A DNA stretch of 64,000 nt from Octopus vulgaris (Eukaryota). The position numbers and the translations under genes are program-made. Location of the stretch: positions 128,650,001 through 128,714,000 of the forward strand of contig OX597817.1 in NCBI GenBank assembly GCA_951406725.2, in the 5' to 3' direction. Within the stretch, counting starts at the first letter, position 1, and every line of letters starts with the position of its first letter. The notes beneath the pieces are model-generated. The model did no database searches and was not told the DNA's origin. It was given only the letters and a program-made list of their open reading frames with translations. Of this stretch, positions 51,498 through 64,000 are shown piece after piece.

Positions 51498-51527
<30 letters not shown>
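46419..51527. repeat. Perfect (GTAT)n/(ATAC)n array, ~5.1 kb (~1277 units)
   Basis: No interruption visible; uninterrupted YVCM/IHTY translations in the ORF track. Confidence 0.98.
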
Positions 51528-51528
<1 letters not shown>

Positions 51529-51529
51529 G

Positions 51530-51655
51530 CATTTCCAGATCAGATTGGTGCCCGGCGCAGCCGCTGGCTTTTCAGATCACGCTCAAACTTACCAACTCAT
51601 TCCAGCATGGAAAACGGACGTTAAATAGTGATGATGATGATGATGATGATGATGT
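51530..51655 (+). mobile_element. RTE-like LINE/SINE 3' end with (GAT)n tail
   Basis: ccaactcattccagcatggaaaacggacgttaaa followed by (gat)n. Confidence 0.6.
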
Positions 51656-51739
51656 ATATATACATATATATATTGTGTATATGTATATATATGTGTATAT
51701 GTATATATATATATATATGTGTATATATATATACATATA

Positions 51740-51780
<41 letters not shown>

Positions 51781-51812
51781 CCTATATACATGTATATTTA
51801 TATATATATATG

Positions 51813-51852
<40 letters not shown>

Positions 51853-51858
<6 letters not shown>

Positions 51859-51926
51859 AATGTATATAAATATACCTGTATATTTATATGCATGTCTACA
51901 TATATATACATACATGTACACATATG

Positions 51927-51966
<40 letters not shown>

Positions 51967-52038
51967 AATGTATATAAATATACCTGTATATTTATATGCA
52001 TGTCTACATATATATACATACATGTATACATATGTATG

Positions 52039-52070
<32 letters not shown>

Positions 52071-52138
52071 CATATGTATACATGTATGTATATATATGTA
52101 GACATGCATATAAATATACAGTTATATTTATATACATT

Positions 52139-52184
<46 letters not shown>

Positions 52185-52250
52185 CATATGTATACATGTA
52201 TGTATATATATGTAGACATGCATATAAATATACAGGTATATTTATATACA

Positions 52251-52256
<6 letters not shown>
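51853..52256. repeat. Four ~80-bp units, two forward then two inverted, separated by (TA)n
   Basis: tatgtaaatgtatataaatatacctgtatatttatatgcatgtctacata... at ~51853 and ~51961; reverse complements at ~52065 and ~52178. Confidence 0.85.
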
Positions 52257-52279
<23 letters not shown>

Positions 52280-52281
<2 letters not shown>

Positions 52282-52500
52282 GCATATGCATACACAGGTA
52301 CAGGACGTCACCAACAGTAAATGACATGAAATAAGAAAATAAATTAGTTCAATACGCAAACAACCTGAGAAACAAATGAGAAACAGGACAAATAACATAA
52401 AGAACAACCTTTCATCAATTGTCGGCTGTGTATCTACTCTTCATTTCAAGCATTGAACGAGAATATGAGTCTTCGAAGACAGTTGCTTCTATAAGTACTA
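52280..52500 (-). mobile_element. Diverged relative of the 15290 repeat family
   Basis: gtacaggac.tcac end and cttcgaa...ttgatgaaagg boxes on the minus strand. Confidence 0.5.
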
Positions 52501-53348
52501 AAATATAATTTGGGATTTATGGAGAGTCAAAGTTGGGAACAAAAACAAACATGGAGGGTCGTTATGACCATCTTTCTTTTCTTTCTGGACTGTCCTAAGG
52601 ACTGGACGTATCCTATGTCTCTCTTCTATCTTTTCTCTTCTCAAAGAAAATGTATCTCCAGGGTTCGCTAATTTACCGTCTTCATAGAGCATATAATATA
52701 ATCTATTAATACATATATACCCAGCATAGCAGAGAAGGCGATCTTAGTTTTAGTTCATGCAAGTGAAAGAACGTGAATAATACCTGGACTATTGTAATTT
52801 CAATTCTGAATAGAAACCTTTATGTCCTAGTATATCATTGTGCCATATATTCTCATTTAGAGCCATGTGGTTTCTCGAATAGAATAAAGGAACGAAATAT
52901 TCAGAATAGTAAATTGAAAACATAAAATTGGTCGGTTTCTAGGTTTCTGGGCTATTCATTACCTGCAAGCAATCTATTATCTTTACTTATTGCATATTCT
53001 CAGATGACAACAAATACACGCAGCTTTCAGAAGAATTATTTTTATGACACACCCTCTCTCTTCTCTTTTCCTCTCTCTCTCTCTCTCACTGTGTCCACCC
53101 ACATACACACACTCTCTCTCTTTCCCTCTCTCTCTTCCCCTCCCTAACACATGCGAGCTCGTATATATACAATATTTATAAATTTAGGCAACTTCATCGT
53201 TGTTAAGAAACGGTCGAGTTGGTAAAGTAATTACTAATAGATAAAAATGTTGCTTCACATCTAGATGATAGGTGTTTGATGGCGTTGCATTTTGTGCAAG
53301 TACAGACTAACACGATGTCAAATTTATCAAAGTACCCAAAACACAAAG

Positions 53349-53414
<66 letters not shown>

Positions 53415-53421
<7 letters not shown>

Positions 53422-53853
53422 AAGTAGATAAATGAATTATCTTAATACGGATTATTCAAATGATAACCGATACCTGGGTAGCAAAAATCACAACAGAAAA
53501 AGCACGGTTGAGGTTACGACCATGGGGCCTAAAATCCGTGCCTTAGTGCGGAAATTTGAAGTTTTATATATTTAGTGTAGGAAGAAATGGAGCTGAACGA
53601 AGATTTAACAAAATTCCTTTTTATTATTTTCTACATATGTTTCAAAGGCTGCAAAGAACCCTAATTCGGATTGAATAAGGAGTCTATTTTGCAGCCTTCT
53701 CTTCAGGAAAATCCAGGAACTTAATTCTCCAACAAAATGCACAGCAAGCTTTTCGACATGTAAAATATAAATAACGCTGAAGCAAAGTAACACCAAATAT
53801 ATAGTGCGTGTGTTGTTATTGGCTAAACTGGCAAAATGACCATTCCTAAATAC

Positions 53854-53858
<5 letters not shown>
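53415..53858 (-). mobile_element. ~440-bp solo pLTR-like element inserted in (TA)n, carrying an intact HHR
   Basis: Long (TA)n on both sides; HHR at 53626-53712. Confidence 0.75.
53626..53712 (-). ncRNA. Type I hammerhead ribozyme, intact core
   Basis: ATTTTC-CTGAAGA-G-AAGGCTGCAAA-(32 nt)-TTTGCAGCCTT-T-GAAA-C-ATAT-G-TA-GAAAAT: 6-bp stem I, 11-bp plus G.U stem II, palindromic stem III, GUA triplet. Confidence 0.85.
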
Positions 53859-53939
<81 letters not shown>

Positions 53940-54352
53940 GTGGTTTACTGAAATTATGAATCCAATCGTAGGCGTTATGGTTCATTCGAGAATACGGCAA
54001 AATATACTTGTTACTTTTAATCATATTCACCCAGCACCTTATTGTATCGGTCTCTTTTCATCGATTCGCTAAGGAAACCGCTGACAAAAATGGATGCTAG
54101 TTGATGCATCGTCCTACACTAGTATACAAATATACACCCACATAAATAAACACAGATATCTATATGCATGGAAGTATGTATATCTATTTGCATGTATACG
54201 TGTGTGTATGTCTCTGTATCTGCGTGTATGCATATACGGGTGCGTACACGCATATATGTATATGTGTGTGTGTGAGTGTATGTGTGAATGTATGCGTACA
54301 CAGGCACAAACGTACATGCGTATATACGTATATACATAGATGCATGTGTGAG

Positions 54353-54387
<35 letters not shown>

Positions 54388-54669
54388 TTATTGATACATT
54401 GAAAGAGAGAGAGAGAGAGAGTGAGAGAGAAAGAAAGAAAGAAAGAAAGAAAGAGAAAGGGGGAGAATGGTTGAAAAAGATGTACATATAGTGTGTCAAG
54501 TGTGTCGAGACTTATCAAGGATATTAGCTCTTATTGATTTCCGTTTATGATAACGCGTGCTTATGCACGCGCACTCGCACTCTCTGATAAACATACAAAA
54601 AACAAAAATACAATCACTCGTGCATATATACATATACATATACATATATACATACATACATACATACAT

Positions 54670-54752
<83 letters not shown>

Positions 54753-54894
54753 ACAAGAAGCTGGAGAAAAAAAAACTGTTTTAATTACAAATTACGACAT
54801 TTGTTTCTGTGCCGTCCCACCAGCTTTACGTTGCTGAGTTTTCATTCTCATACTATAACATAAAGTTATTTTATAAATAATTTCCTCATTTTTT

Positions 54895-55200
54895 TTGTTT
54901 TTACTTGTTCCGATCATTAGAATGCTGCAAAGCTGGGGCGCCTCCATGAATTGTTTTTGTCGAATGAATCGACCGCATTCGTTATTGTTTTTTAAAGTCT
55001 AGTACTTATTCTATCGGTATCTGTTGTCGAACCGCTAAGTTACGGGGACGTAGACTCACGCACACGTATATATATATATTTACGACGGGCTTATTCCTCT
55101 TACCGTCTACCACGTCCACTGACAAGGCTTTGGTCAGACCGAAGTTATAGAAGACACTTGCCCAAGGTCCCACGCAATAATGTTGTTGAGAGGTAAGCAG
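54895..55200 (-). mobile_element. SINE family A, lying between inverted-repeat arms
   Basis: ctagtacttattctatcgg...gaaccgctaagttacggggacgta...caaggctttggtc..gaagacacttgcccaagg. Confidence 0.8.
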
Positions 55201-55544
55201 TACTCCATCGCGTAGATTACTCTAAAGGCACAGAAACAAATATCGTAATTTGCAATTAAAGCTTGTTCCCCATTACCATCTTCTTATTGTGTAAATTCTT
55301 ATATAAATTTTATACACTAACAGATTTCCGTATGTTTATCCAGCGCATGAAATGATTTTGCTGTATGAAGTTATACTGTAGCCATAACAGTAACAACTGT
55401 CATGTAATTAAACATACAAAACTTTGTTTTGCCTGTATTGTGTTTGAACGTATTTCTCAATACTTTTTCTAAACACTTATTATTATTGAATTATTGAGTG
55501 GGAGAGAGCGGTGATCACCCGACATGGTGATCCCATATCAAAAT

Positions 55545-55900
55545 AAACAGCGTATGACCTTGCAGGTGAGGCTCATCCCACTCAAAAGGTCTCTGAATAA
55601 GAATTATTTAAGGTTGATGAGTAAAACACCGATGTTTCCAGAGGTGAATTATTCAAGCCCAACGGAATTCCTTTCAACACATGGCGAAGCTGCTACTCCA
55701 CTATCAGAGATGCACAAATTGTCAGCCAATAAGGAACATACTCAAACAGTTAGGTCAAGCAACTGACAAGAAAATCTGTGGCATTGAGCAGAATACTTGT
55801 TGTAGCCCATCTTTCACCCTCAAGAGGAACCATGTACAAGATAACACTTCCAATTAGTTAAGATCTGAAGTCATGAGAACACAGCCAGGTATTGCATCAA
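55545..55900 (-). mobile_element. Copy of the 3143-3518 repeat
   Basis: Reverse-complement alignment to 3143-3518. Confidence 0.7.
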
Positions 55901-55918
55901 TATATTATTATTATTATT

Positions 55919-57269
55919 CTATGTTTGACTTTTGCTTTATGTCTGTACAAGTTGGCTCCAAGTCTCACCCAGAGACCCCAAGAGACAACAGGTTGGAAGT
56001 TCACGTTGTTGTTATGCCTAGTGTGCCATATATTCGGGTTTTTTTTTTGGTGTTGTACTAGTGAATGTCTAATACATAAATTTAAAAAAGAAAATTGTTT
56101 TAAACCTTGGGATTACATAGAGAGTATTTTGCGTAGGATATGAGCAGTTCCCATGAGCACTATCTTTTGAATTTCTGTATTTTTGGGGTTTCCTGGTATC
56201 TGAGTTAGGTAGCAATCAGCCCCTTTCGCTATCATTCCCAGGGCACCTATGACAACAGGTATTGTATTAGTCTTCAGGTTCCACATTTTGCTGATTTCTA
56301 TTTCAAGATCTTTATATTTGCTCAGTTTTTGGTAGGTCTTGACAATTACGTTTATATCGATTGGGACAGTCATATCAATGAGGAGGCATGTTCTTTGTCT
56401 GAAGTCTTTCAATATGATGTCTGGCCTATTTGCATCTATCTTTCTGTCAGTTTGAATGGTGAAGTTCCAGAGGAGTGAGATGTGGTCATTTTCAAGCACT
56501 GGAGGTGGATTGTGTTCCCACCAGTTTTTTTCATGGGGCAAATCCAGGTTGTTGCAAATTACCCAGTGAATATATTGTGCAACTCTATCATGCCTGTTGA
56601 GGTACTCTGTAGGCGCTAGAAGACTGCATTTGGAGACATGATCAATGGTTTCATTTTGTTGTCGACATACACGACATGTTGGGCTACTGCGATTCTTTAA
56701 TATGTTGGTCTGGTAGTTTCTTGTTGGTAGGCATTGATCTTGAGCTGCTATGATAAACCCCTCTGTTTCAGATTTTAAGCCAGAGGCCATTAGCCATTGA
56801 TGGGTCAGGGCTTTGTCAATATCTGCATTATTCGCTCTCTTTGGGTATTTGCCATAGAGAGGTTTTTCTTGCCATTTATTATTCAGAATATCTAAGGCCG
56901 CAGTTTTGGCACGGGTTTTCATGCGCCTAGCTTTTTCTGTTCTTGTTTCTTGTATGTCTATTCCGAAATTTGTTGTATTCGGAATTCACTTAGATATTCC
57001 TTTGCCTGTTTTGTTACTGAGTATGATGCTTTCTTGTTTTCATGTTTTGAGACAAGTTTTAACATCCAGTCCTCAGACTTTTTCAAGTAGGTGTCTAGGC
57101 CAATTGTAGCAATCTTCATTGTTATTGCCAGTTGCAAAAGACCACGGCCTCCCTCTTTTCTTGGCAGATAGAGTCGTTCTGCATCTGCCTTAGGGTGGTG
57201 CATTCTATGCATTGTCAACAGTTTTTTTATTTTTCTGCCGAGCTGACATATTTCAGTAATTGACCAGTT
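55919..57269 (-). mobile_element. Dong/R4-clade RLE LINE, 5'-truncated and relatively intact (ORFs 56958-57218 and 56113-56922)
   Basis: MHHPKADAERLYLPRKEGGRGL, LKSETEGFIIAAQDQ, CCHC knuckle CRVC..ETIDHV..C, RHD, RPDII..D...LIDMTVP, KLSKYKDL, PVVIGALG; (TAA)n on both sides. Confidence 0.95.
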
Positions 57270-57287
57270 ATTATTATTATTATTATT

Positions 57288-58421
57288 TTCACTTTATCAC
57301 ACGTTTTCTCGGAGCTCCTGGACACTTACATGCGTAGCAGGCTTACTACCTGCAGTCTAAGGTACTATGTTTTCCATTCTTTTTAGCTATCGGATACTTT
57401 CCTGATTATTCTGACCGCGCCAAAGAAGCAAACATTTTGTAACAGTTCTACTGGGCGCTCTATTCCAATTAGCTTTATATTCTTCTTGATGCCCTCTGAT
57501 AGTACCAAGGACTCAACAATAATTGGCACTATCTTCACCTTCATTTTCCATAGCCGGGCTATTTCGTACTGAAGAGGGTTGTATCTATCTATGTTTTCGC
57601 CTTCCTTCTTGACTATTCGTGGGTCAAAGGGGCATGCAACATCAACTATGTAGCATATGTAGTGTACTTTGTCCACCACCACTAGGTCCGGTTTTTTATG
57701 CTCTAGCACCTGATCTGTTTGGATTGGGAAATCCCAGAGGATTTTGCTAGTCACCGACACCGTCACTCTCTGCCGTTTGTGCTCATACCACCTCTTGCCT
57801 CTCTAGCCCCCACTCGCCGCACAGTTTCCAATGTAGCACTTTCGCTACGTTGTCGTGTCGCTACAACTTGTAGTTGTTTTAGGCAAGTCTAGGGCATTCG
57901 TTCATGATATGGGCAATGGTTTCAACCACTCTAATGCAGATGCGGCCCAGCAGAGACACTTACTCATTCCTAAGATTGACGCTCCAGTTCTTGGCCAAAG
58001 CTTGATCTTGAGCTGCCAGTAAAGCGATCGCGTTCTCTTTTTTAATGTTCTTTTCATCAGCCATTCCCACCTATTTTTTCCAGCAGCTTCTGTTGTGACT
58101 ACATGGAATTAATTGCATAATTCTTCTTCATGTCCTTTTTGTATTCTTCCTTTGTTTTCACTTTTTTCTCTGCTCTCAATACTCTCTCGTTCCTAAATGT
58201 CACTAGCAAAGTTTCCTTCCTTTGGGCTAGGTATCTCATTAAGCTCTCGAGTTCGATACGCATGCAGTCTTCGACACTTATCACTCTTCTTCCTCTATTT
58301 TCTCTCTTCATGTATTGGCAATCAGTGCCTGCACATAGATGATGGGCTCCATGCATCATCAGAAGTTTCTTGACTTCCTGACCATCTCTTTTAGCTCCTC
58401 CTCTGTCCACTTCAGAATAGC
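57288..58421 (-). mobile_element. Second, more decayed Dong/R4-clade LINE fragment of a different subfamily
   Basis: KILWDFPIQTDQVLEHKKPDLVVVD...IVDVACPFD...YEIARLWKM...PIIV; upstream KLLMMHGAHH...RGRRVISVEDC. Confidence 0.9.
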
Positions 58422-58544
58422 TTTAGGTCGTCCTTGAATAGCAAGTGGTTCATTTTCCCTGACTTCTTCCTAAATCACACCCTAATTTTGTTTTCTATAG
58501 TATTTCACTCAAGGGGATCATTCTCAGCACGAATATCAGTAGGG

Positions 58545-58642
58545 ACATCCTTTCGGGGTCGATAAAATAAGTACCAGTTTCGCACTGGGGTCGATGTAAC
58601 CGACTTATCCACGTCACCGAACTTGCTGACGTTTTGTCGAAA
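58545..58642 (+). mobile_element. SINE family B 3' part
   Basis: catcctttcggggtcgataaaataagtaccagtt..cactggggtcgatgtaa. Confidence 0.8.
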
Positions 58643-58680
58643 TTATTATTATCATTATTATTATTATTATTATCATTATT

Positions 58681-59040
<360 letters not shown>

Positions 59041-59119
59041 TACTATTATCATTATCATTATCATTCTTCTTCTTCTTATTATTATTATCATTATTATTAT
59101 TACTATTATTATTATGTAA

Positions 59120-59392
59120 AGGTTGCATGGCTTAGGGGTTAGGGTGTTGCACGCACGATCTAGCGATCGTAATTTCATTTCCAAGACCGGGTGGTGCATT
59201 GTATTCTTGAGCAAAACTCTCCATCTCACGTTGCTCTGCGATCACTTCGACACATGACGCGTGGCACACAGGGCACCTGTTCAGATAACGTCGATTTCAT
59301 GATGAGAGTGATCTAATATGTAGCACGAACATTTGGTCGCTATGAACAAATCATTCGCACAGGTTCGGCAAAAGCTGAAGGAGATTCCATCA
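59120..59392 (+). mobile_element. SINE (same type as 34888-35177)
   Basis: Colinear similarity with 34888-35177. Confidence 0.8.
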
Positions 59393-59876
59393 TTAATGTG
59401 ATATATTAAGTGAGCACTTCGTTTTCTTTATCCGTTTGTTGATGATTTACATATCAATATCTTGTAATGTCAATAATTACTGCATAGTGTGTGTTTACAT
59501 AAATATCTGACTTTATTTATATAGCACCTAAGGTGGTGTATAGTCACTGAGAAATCTTGATGTCAAGTGAGATAACTCCTGATAAATATTTCATATTCTC
59601 TTATGTAGTGAATGGTAGTGTTTAAGTATATGCTCCTCTATTTACCCTATGTATGTATGTATGTATGTATGTATGTATGTATGTATGTATGTATGTATGT
59701 ATGTATACACAAGTACAACTTTATCAAGAAAATCTAAGAGGAATATGAAAACAAGGGGAAAAGACAGTTTAGCTTGGGATACCTTTCATCAGCTATGGCG
59801 GTCAGAATCCACATAGTTTCTGCACATATAGATTTATCTATCTATCAATATATATATACATATATAAACACTCCTA

Positions 59877-59929
<53 letters not shown>

Positions 59930-60302
59930 ACACACAGACACACACACATACTTACAAACGCAGATTCATACATACACGACTGAACATAAGCTTGAGAGTA
60001 ACACCAAACACATTAGTTGGAGCTGCTTGCATTTAATAGCAGATTGACTCGCCTTCACATTGCTTAAGATTTCATGAACGTAAATTGTATACGAGCTATC
60101 ATATTATTGTCAAAAGAAGCACACCCTTCTAAAGAATTTGAAGTCAAAGGTTGCTGATCACGCGGATATACAACCGCAAAGCCTAGCTAGGATTATATAT
60201 CCGGGTTATCAGTGACACGGTTGCGTGATATAGAATGCCTACTGCACGCATGCGCCCCCTGCCCACACACTTACATGTATATCAATATATACATGTATAC
60301 AA

Positions 60303-60437
60303 GGAGCTTCTTTCTGTTTCCATTTATCAAATTCACTCTCAAGGCTTTGATCGGTCCATGGCTATAGTAGAGGACACTTACTCATGATACCAGACAGTGG
60401 AACTGAACCTGGAACCATGTGGTTGGGAAGCAAACTT
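60303..60437 (-). mobile_element. SINE family A head
   Basis: caaattcactctcaaggcttt...cagtggaactgaacctggaaccatgtggttgggaagcaa. Confidence 0.75.
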
Positions 60438-61129
60438 ATAAACACACACATACATACAAATACACACACAAATACACACGCACACTCAGACCTACACACA
60501 CACACACTCAGACCTACACACACACCCTCACACACATATATTACATACATACAGATGACTTTTCGTCTGCTTCGATGGTGATGGTGATGATATAGTTGTT
60601 CGATCGACTGAATTCCTTGCACCTGAATTACCATGTGTGTAACTGAAGATTCCTCTGGTATGTATACCTTTAACGCAATTCTCAGGCGGAATGAGTACGA
60701 TACAGTGGATGACAAAGCTGTGCCTTTTGAGTTATAGGTTCAATCCATCTGCTGGAATTTTGTATTGTTTCAGTTTAAATCATTTGAATCACGCTGTATG
60801 GGTCGACCCGAAGCTATAGAAAATATTTGTCAACGACACTACACAGTGGGATCGAAATCGGTATCTTGCAATTGGAAAGACAACAATTTAGCCATTCGGC
60901 CATTCTGCTCTTGTACATACATACATACATACATGCATACATACATACATTCATACATACATACATACATACATACATACATACATACATACATACATAC
61001 ATACATACATACATACATACATACACACACACATACATACATACACACGTACGCATGCATACATACATACATACATACATACATACATACATACATACAT
61101 ACATACATACATAGTTGAGCCACTATACC

Positions 61130-61300
61130 TTTTTCTATTTTCTCTCCCTGTTTATTTCTGTGTTCCTTTCTGTCTAAGAGCGTAGGCTCGAAACGTAAAA
61201 GACTTTCTCACTTCCCGAGCGTTAAACTAATACATCTGTTTGTTGTTTACACACCCGTTTTCGTTTTTTGTTTTTTTTGCTTTCTTTTTGTAATTCTCAC
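61130..61300 (+). mobile_element. PLE pLTR-like element with minimal HHR-like motif (61166-61201)
   Basis: CTTT-CTGTCTA-A-GAGC-GTAG-GCTC-GAAA-CG-TA-AAAG; sits between (CATA)n tracts. Confidence 0.75.
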
Positions 61301-61346
61301 TACATACATACATACATACATTCATACATACATACATATATACAAA

Positions 61347-61548
61347 CGAGGGGTTGGTGAAAGTTCCTGGCTTTAAGGCTTGGCTGGAAACCCAGTATTC
61401 CGAGTACTTTTATAGGGCTTAGAAAAACTGAAGTATCGCTACAATAAGTGTGTGAATCTGAGAGAGGAATATGTTGAATAAAATCATAATTAACTGATCC
61501 TCCTGTATTTTCTTTTTCCAAAGCCAGGAACTTTTTAGCTCACCTTCG
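61347..61548. mobile_element. Mariner-type MITE
   Basis: TIRs cgagggg..ggtgaaagttcctggcttt / aaagccaggaactttttagctcaccttcg|ta. Confidence 0.8.
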
Positions 61549-61608
61549 TACATACATACATACATACATACATACATACATAAATACATACATACATACA
61601 TACATACA

Positions 61609-61640
<32 letters not shown>

Positions 61641-61751
61641 CATGCATACATACATATTTACATGCATTAGTTTTTCGCATGCATGCAAATATGTGTATGT
61701 ATCTGTTGTACGTGTGAAGTGTATGTGCACACATTATTATATATTTGAATA

Positions 61752-62145
61752 CGGCGGCGAGCTGGCGGAAACGTTAGCAAGCAAGGCGAAATGCTAAGCG
61801 GTATTTCGTCTGCCTTTACGTTCTGAGTTCAAATTCTGCTGAGGTCAACTTTGCCTTTCATCCTTTCCGGGTCGATAAATTAAGTACCAGTTGCATACTG
61901 TGATCTAATCGACTGGATCCCACTCCCAAAAAATTTCGGGCCTTGTGGCTAGAGTAGAAAAGATTATATATCTGAAAAACTCGACGAACTGGCAGAATCG
62001 TTAGCAGGTCGGGCTCAGCAGCATTTCGTCCATCCTGACATCCTTTTGGTGTCGATAAAATAAGCACCTGTTGAGTACTGAGGTCGATGTATTTGATTTA
62101 TCCCCTTCCCACAAATTTGCTGGCTATGTGCCAAAATTTGAAATC
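61752..62145 (+). mobile_element. Two adjacent SINE family B copies
   Basis: ggcggcgagctggcggaaacgttagc...gcctttcatcctttccgggtcgataaattaagtaccag; a second, internally deleted copy starts at ~61980. Confidence 0.85.
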
Positions 62146-62254
62146 ATTGTTACGTATCTGAATATTCTTGTATATTTCTAACTATTCATTGAATGTTTTA
62201 TGATTATATGGTCCACACTACTCTTCAAGATCATGCGTTTCAAAGTTGCACACA

Positions 62255-62355
<101 letters not shown>

Positions 62356-62645
62356 TTACAATAATCTTATTATTTCTGATATATCAGCAGCACTAAGAGC
62401 TCCACCTCTCCACCGGCAGCAACAACATCCCCGACTTCCTGCGCAATCGCAGAGACTGGATGCGCATTCATCCATCCGTCGATGCTCTCGGTGTCGGGGG
62501 TTGACCTGCTTTCTCTTCTGCGGGTCTTATGAATTGCAAAGGGCCACGTTTCGGACTTCTCCCACTACACTGGGACGAAGACCGCTTCGCTCAACAAACA
62601 AACAAACAGCAATAATATCATCAAGAGAATCATCATAGTCTAATA

Positions 62646-63400
62646 CAGTGATTTTAAACTGGAGTGCATATAGCCCCTGAAGGTCTATGTAAGATTTTTA
62701 GGAGGTCCATGCAACTAAATAGTAAATCGGGGATCCACAATAGAATTTTAAGTGCCCCTGAAAAAAATTTAGATGTATACTCTTTACTCTTTTACTTGTT
62801 TCAGTCATTTGACTGCGGCCATGCTGGAGCACCGCCTTTAATCGAGCAACTCGACCCCGGGACTTATTCTTTTGTAAGCCCAGTACTTATTCTATCGGTC
62901 TCTTTTGCCGAACCGCAAAGTAACGGGGACATAAACACACCAGCATCGGTTGTCAAGCAATGCTAGGGGGACAAACACAGACACACAAACACACACATGC
63001 ATATATATATATACGACGGGCTTCTTTCAGTTTCCGTCTACCAAATCCACTCACAAGGCTTTGGTCGGCCCGAGGCTATAGTAGAAGACACTTGCCCAAG
63101 GTGCCACGCAGTGGGACTGAACCCGGAACCATGTGGTTGGTTAGCAAGCTACTTACCACACAGCCACTCCTGCGCCTATGTATGTATTGGTATGTATTGC
63201 AAGAAATAGTTAAGTTTCTTTCTCTAAAACTTTACATAGATTTACCTACACAAGTTAATGTGTGAAAAACAAGATTGGAATTTTGAAAGAAGTTTCTATG
63301 AAACTACTTTTTTTAAGTATCGAATGGCAATAGGTGCCCACCAGAATAAAGTAGTAATCAAAGAGGTCCATTGATAAAAAAAAATGGTTGAGAACACTTG
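62646..63400. mobile_element. hAT-like MITE with perfect 8-bp TSD, interrupted by a SINE A
   Basis: GTCTAATA at 62638-45 and 63401-08; termini cagtgattttaaac / ggttgagaacacttg; body matches the 33558-34184 monomers in reverse. Confidence 0.88.
62780..63177 (-). mobile_element. SINE family A, full length, nested in the hAT MITE
   Basis: Complete head-to-tail copy, highly similar to 35811-36212 and 45559-45950. Confidence 0.92.
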
Positions 63401-63637
63401 GTCTAATATAATATAAACCCGCGCTTTCTTATCGATCGCTCTTCAAACAAGCAAGCAAACACACCGTACATTCACTCAATCTTGATGGCCGGCAGACGAG
63501 CAGACGTACATAAATTATCTTCAGCAAATGTTGAAGTGTGTCGCCAGTAAGAAAACAAGGTGGGTGGGATGCAAGGAAAAGGGGGCACAGGAGATAATAC
63601 AAACAAAACAAACAAGAATTTAATCAAAACAAAAGCA

Positions 63638-63672
63638 TTATTATTATTATTGTTATTATTATAATTATTATT

Positions 63673-63710
<38 letters not shown>

Positions 63711-63730
63711 AATCATCATCATTATTATCA

Positions 63731-63796
<66 letters not shown>

Positions 63797-63815
63797 TGCT
63801 GTTGTTATCATTACT
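63638..63815. repeat. Compound (TAT)n/(CAT)n microsatellite (representative of dozens of TA, CA, CATA, TATC, TAC and TAA tracts in the window)
   Basis: Directly visible. Confidence 0.95.
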
Positions 63816-64000
63816 AGCACTTAGGATTCTGGGCGATTCAAATATCCCCATATCTATTTCAAATATCTGCATTCGATAACATGAATGAGTTGAAATATAC
63901 CTACAGTCATTCACATTTCACATCCTCCTACACCCATTCATGTTATCTAATATGTTTGAATGCATGATATGTGTGTTAATATGGATGTGTATATTTACGT

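Noticed and set aside
46232-51869. 1700-1844-aa ORFs on both strands
   Set aside because: They are translations of the stop-free (GTAT)n array (YVCM/IHTY repeats), not proteins
51853-52256. CRISPR-like repeat-spacer array
   Set aside because: Eukaryotic context, units change orientation, the spacers are (TA)n and there are no cas genes
62395-62600. GC-rich segment within a 130-aa ORF
   Set aside because: No splice or codon support and a single copy in the window; probably a repeat fragment but not classifiable from this sequence

Overview
This is AT-rich eukaryotic non-coding (intergenic or intronic) DNA, saturated with microsatellites and decayed mobile elements. The repeat repertoire resembles an octopus/coleoid cephalopod genome (inference): modular tRNA-derived SINEs, Dong/R4-type and other RLE LINE 3' ends, a CR1/L2-like LINE end, four Tc1/mariner classes and hAT MITEs. 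No intact host protein-coding gene is supported, and almost every ORF in the track is a translated microsatellite, including the >1700-aa ORFs over a 5.1-kb perfect (GTAT)n array. The most interesting signal is a population of hammerhead-ribozyme (HHR) motifs in short microsatellite-flanked elements that look like Penelope-like (PLE) pseudo-LTRs. These include one fully paired HHR (53626-53712, minus strand) and a near-perfect palindrome with 235-bp arms that carries an HHR on each strand plus a one-sided tail (35198-35760). There are at least three older inverted pairs with the same geometry, and a minimal HHR family whose three copies share a non-canonical U at core position 6. A decayed PLE-type RT remnant lies at about 31.0-31.4 kb. 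Boundaries of decayed repeats are approximate and were read by eye.
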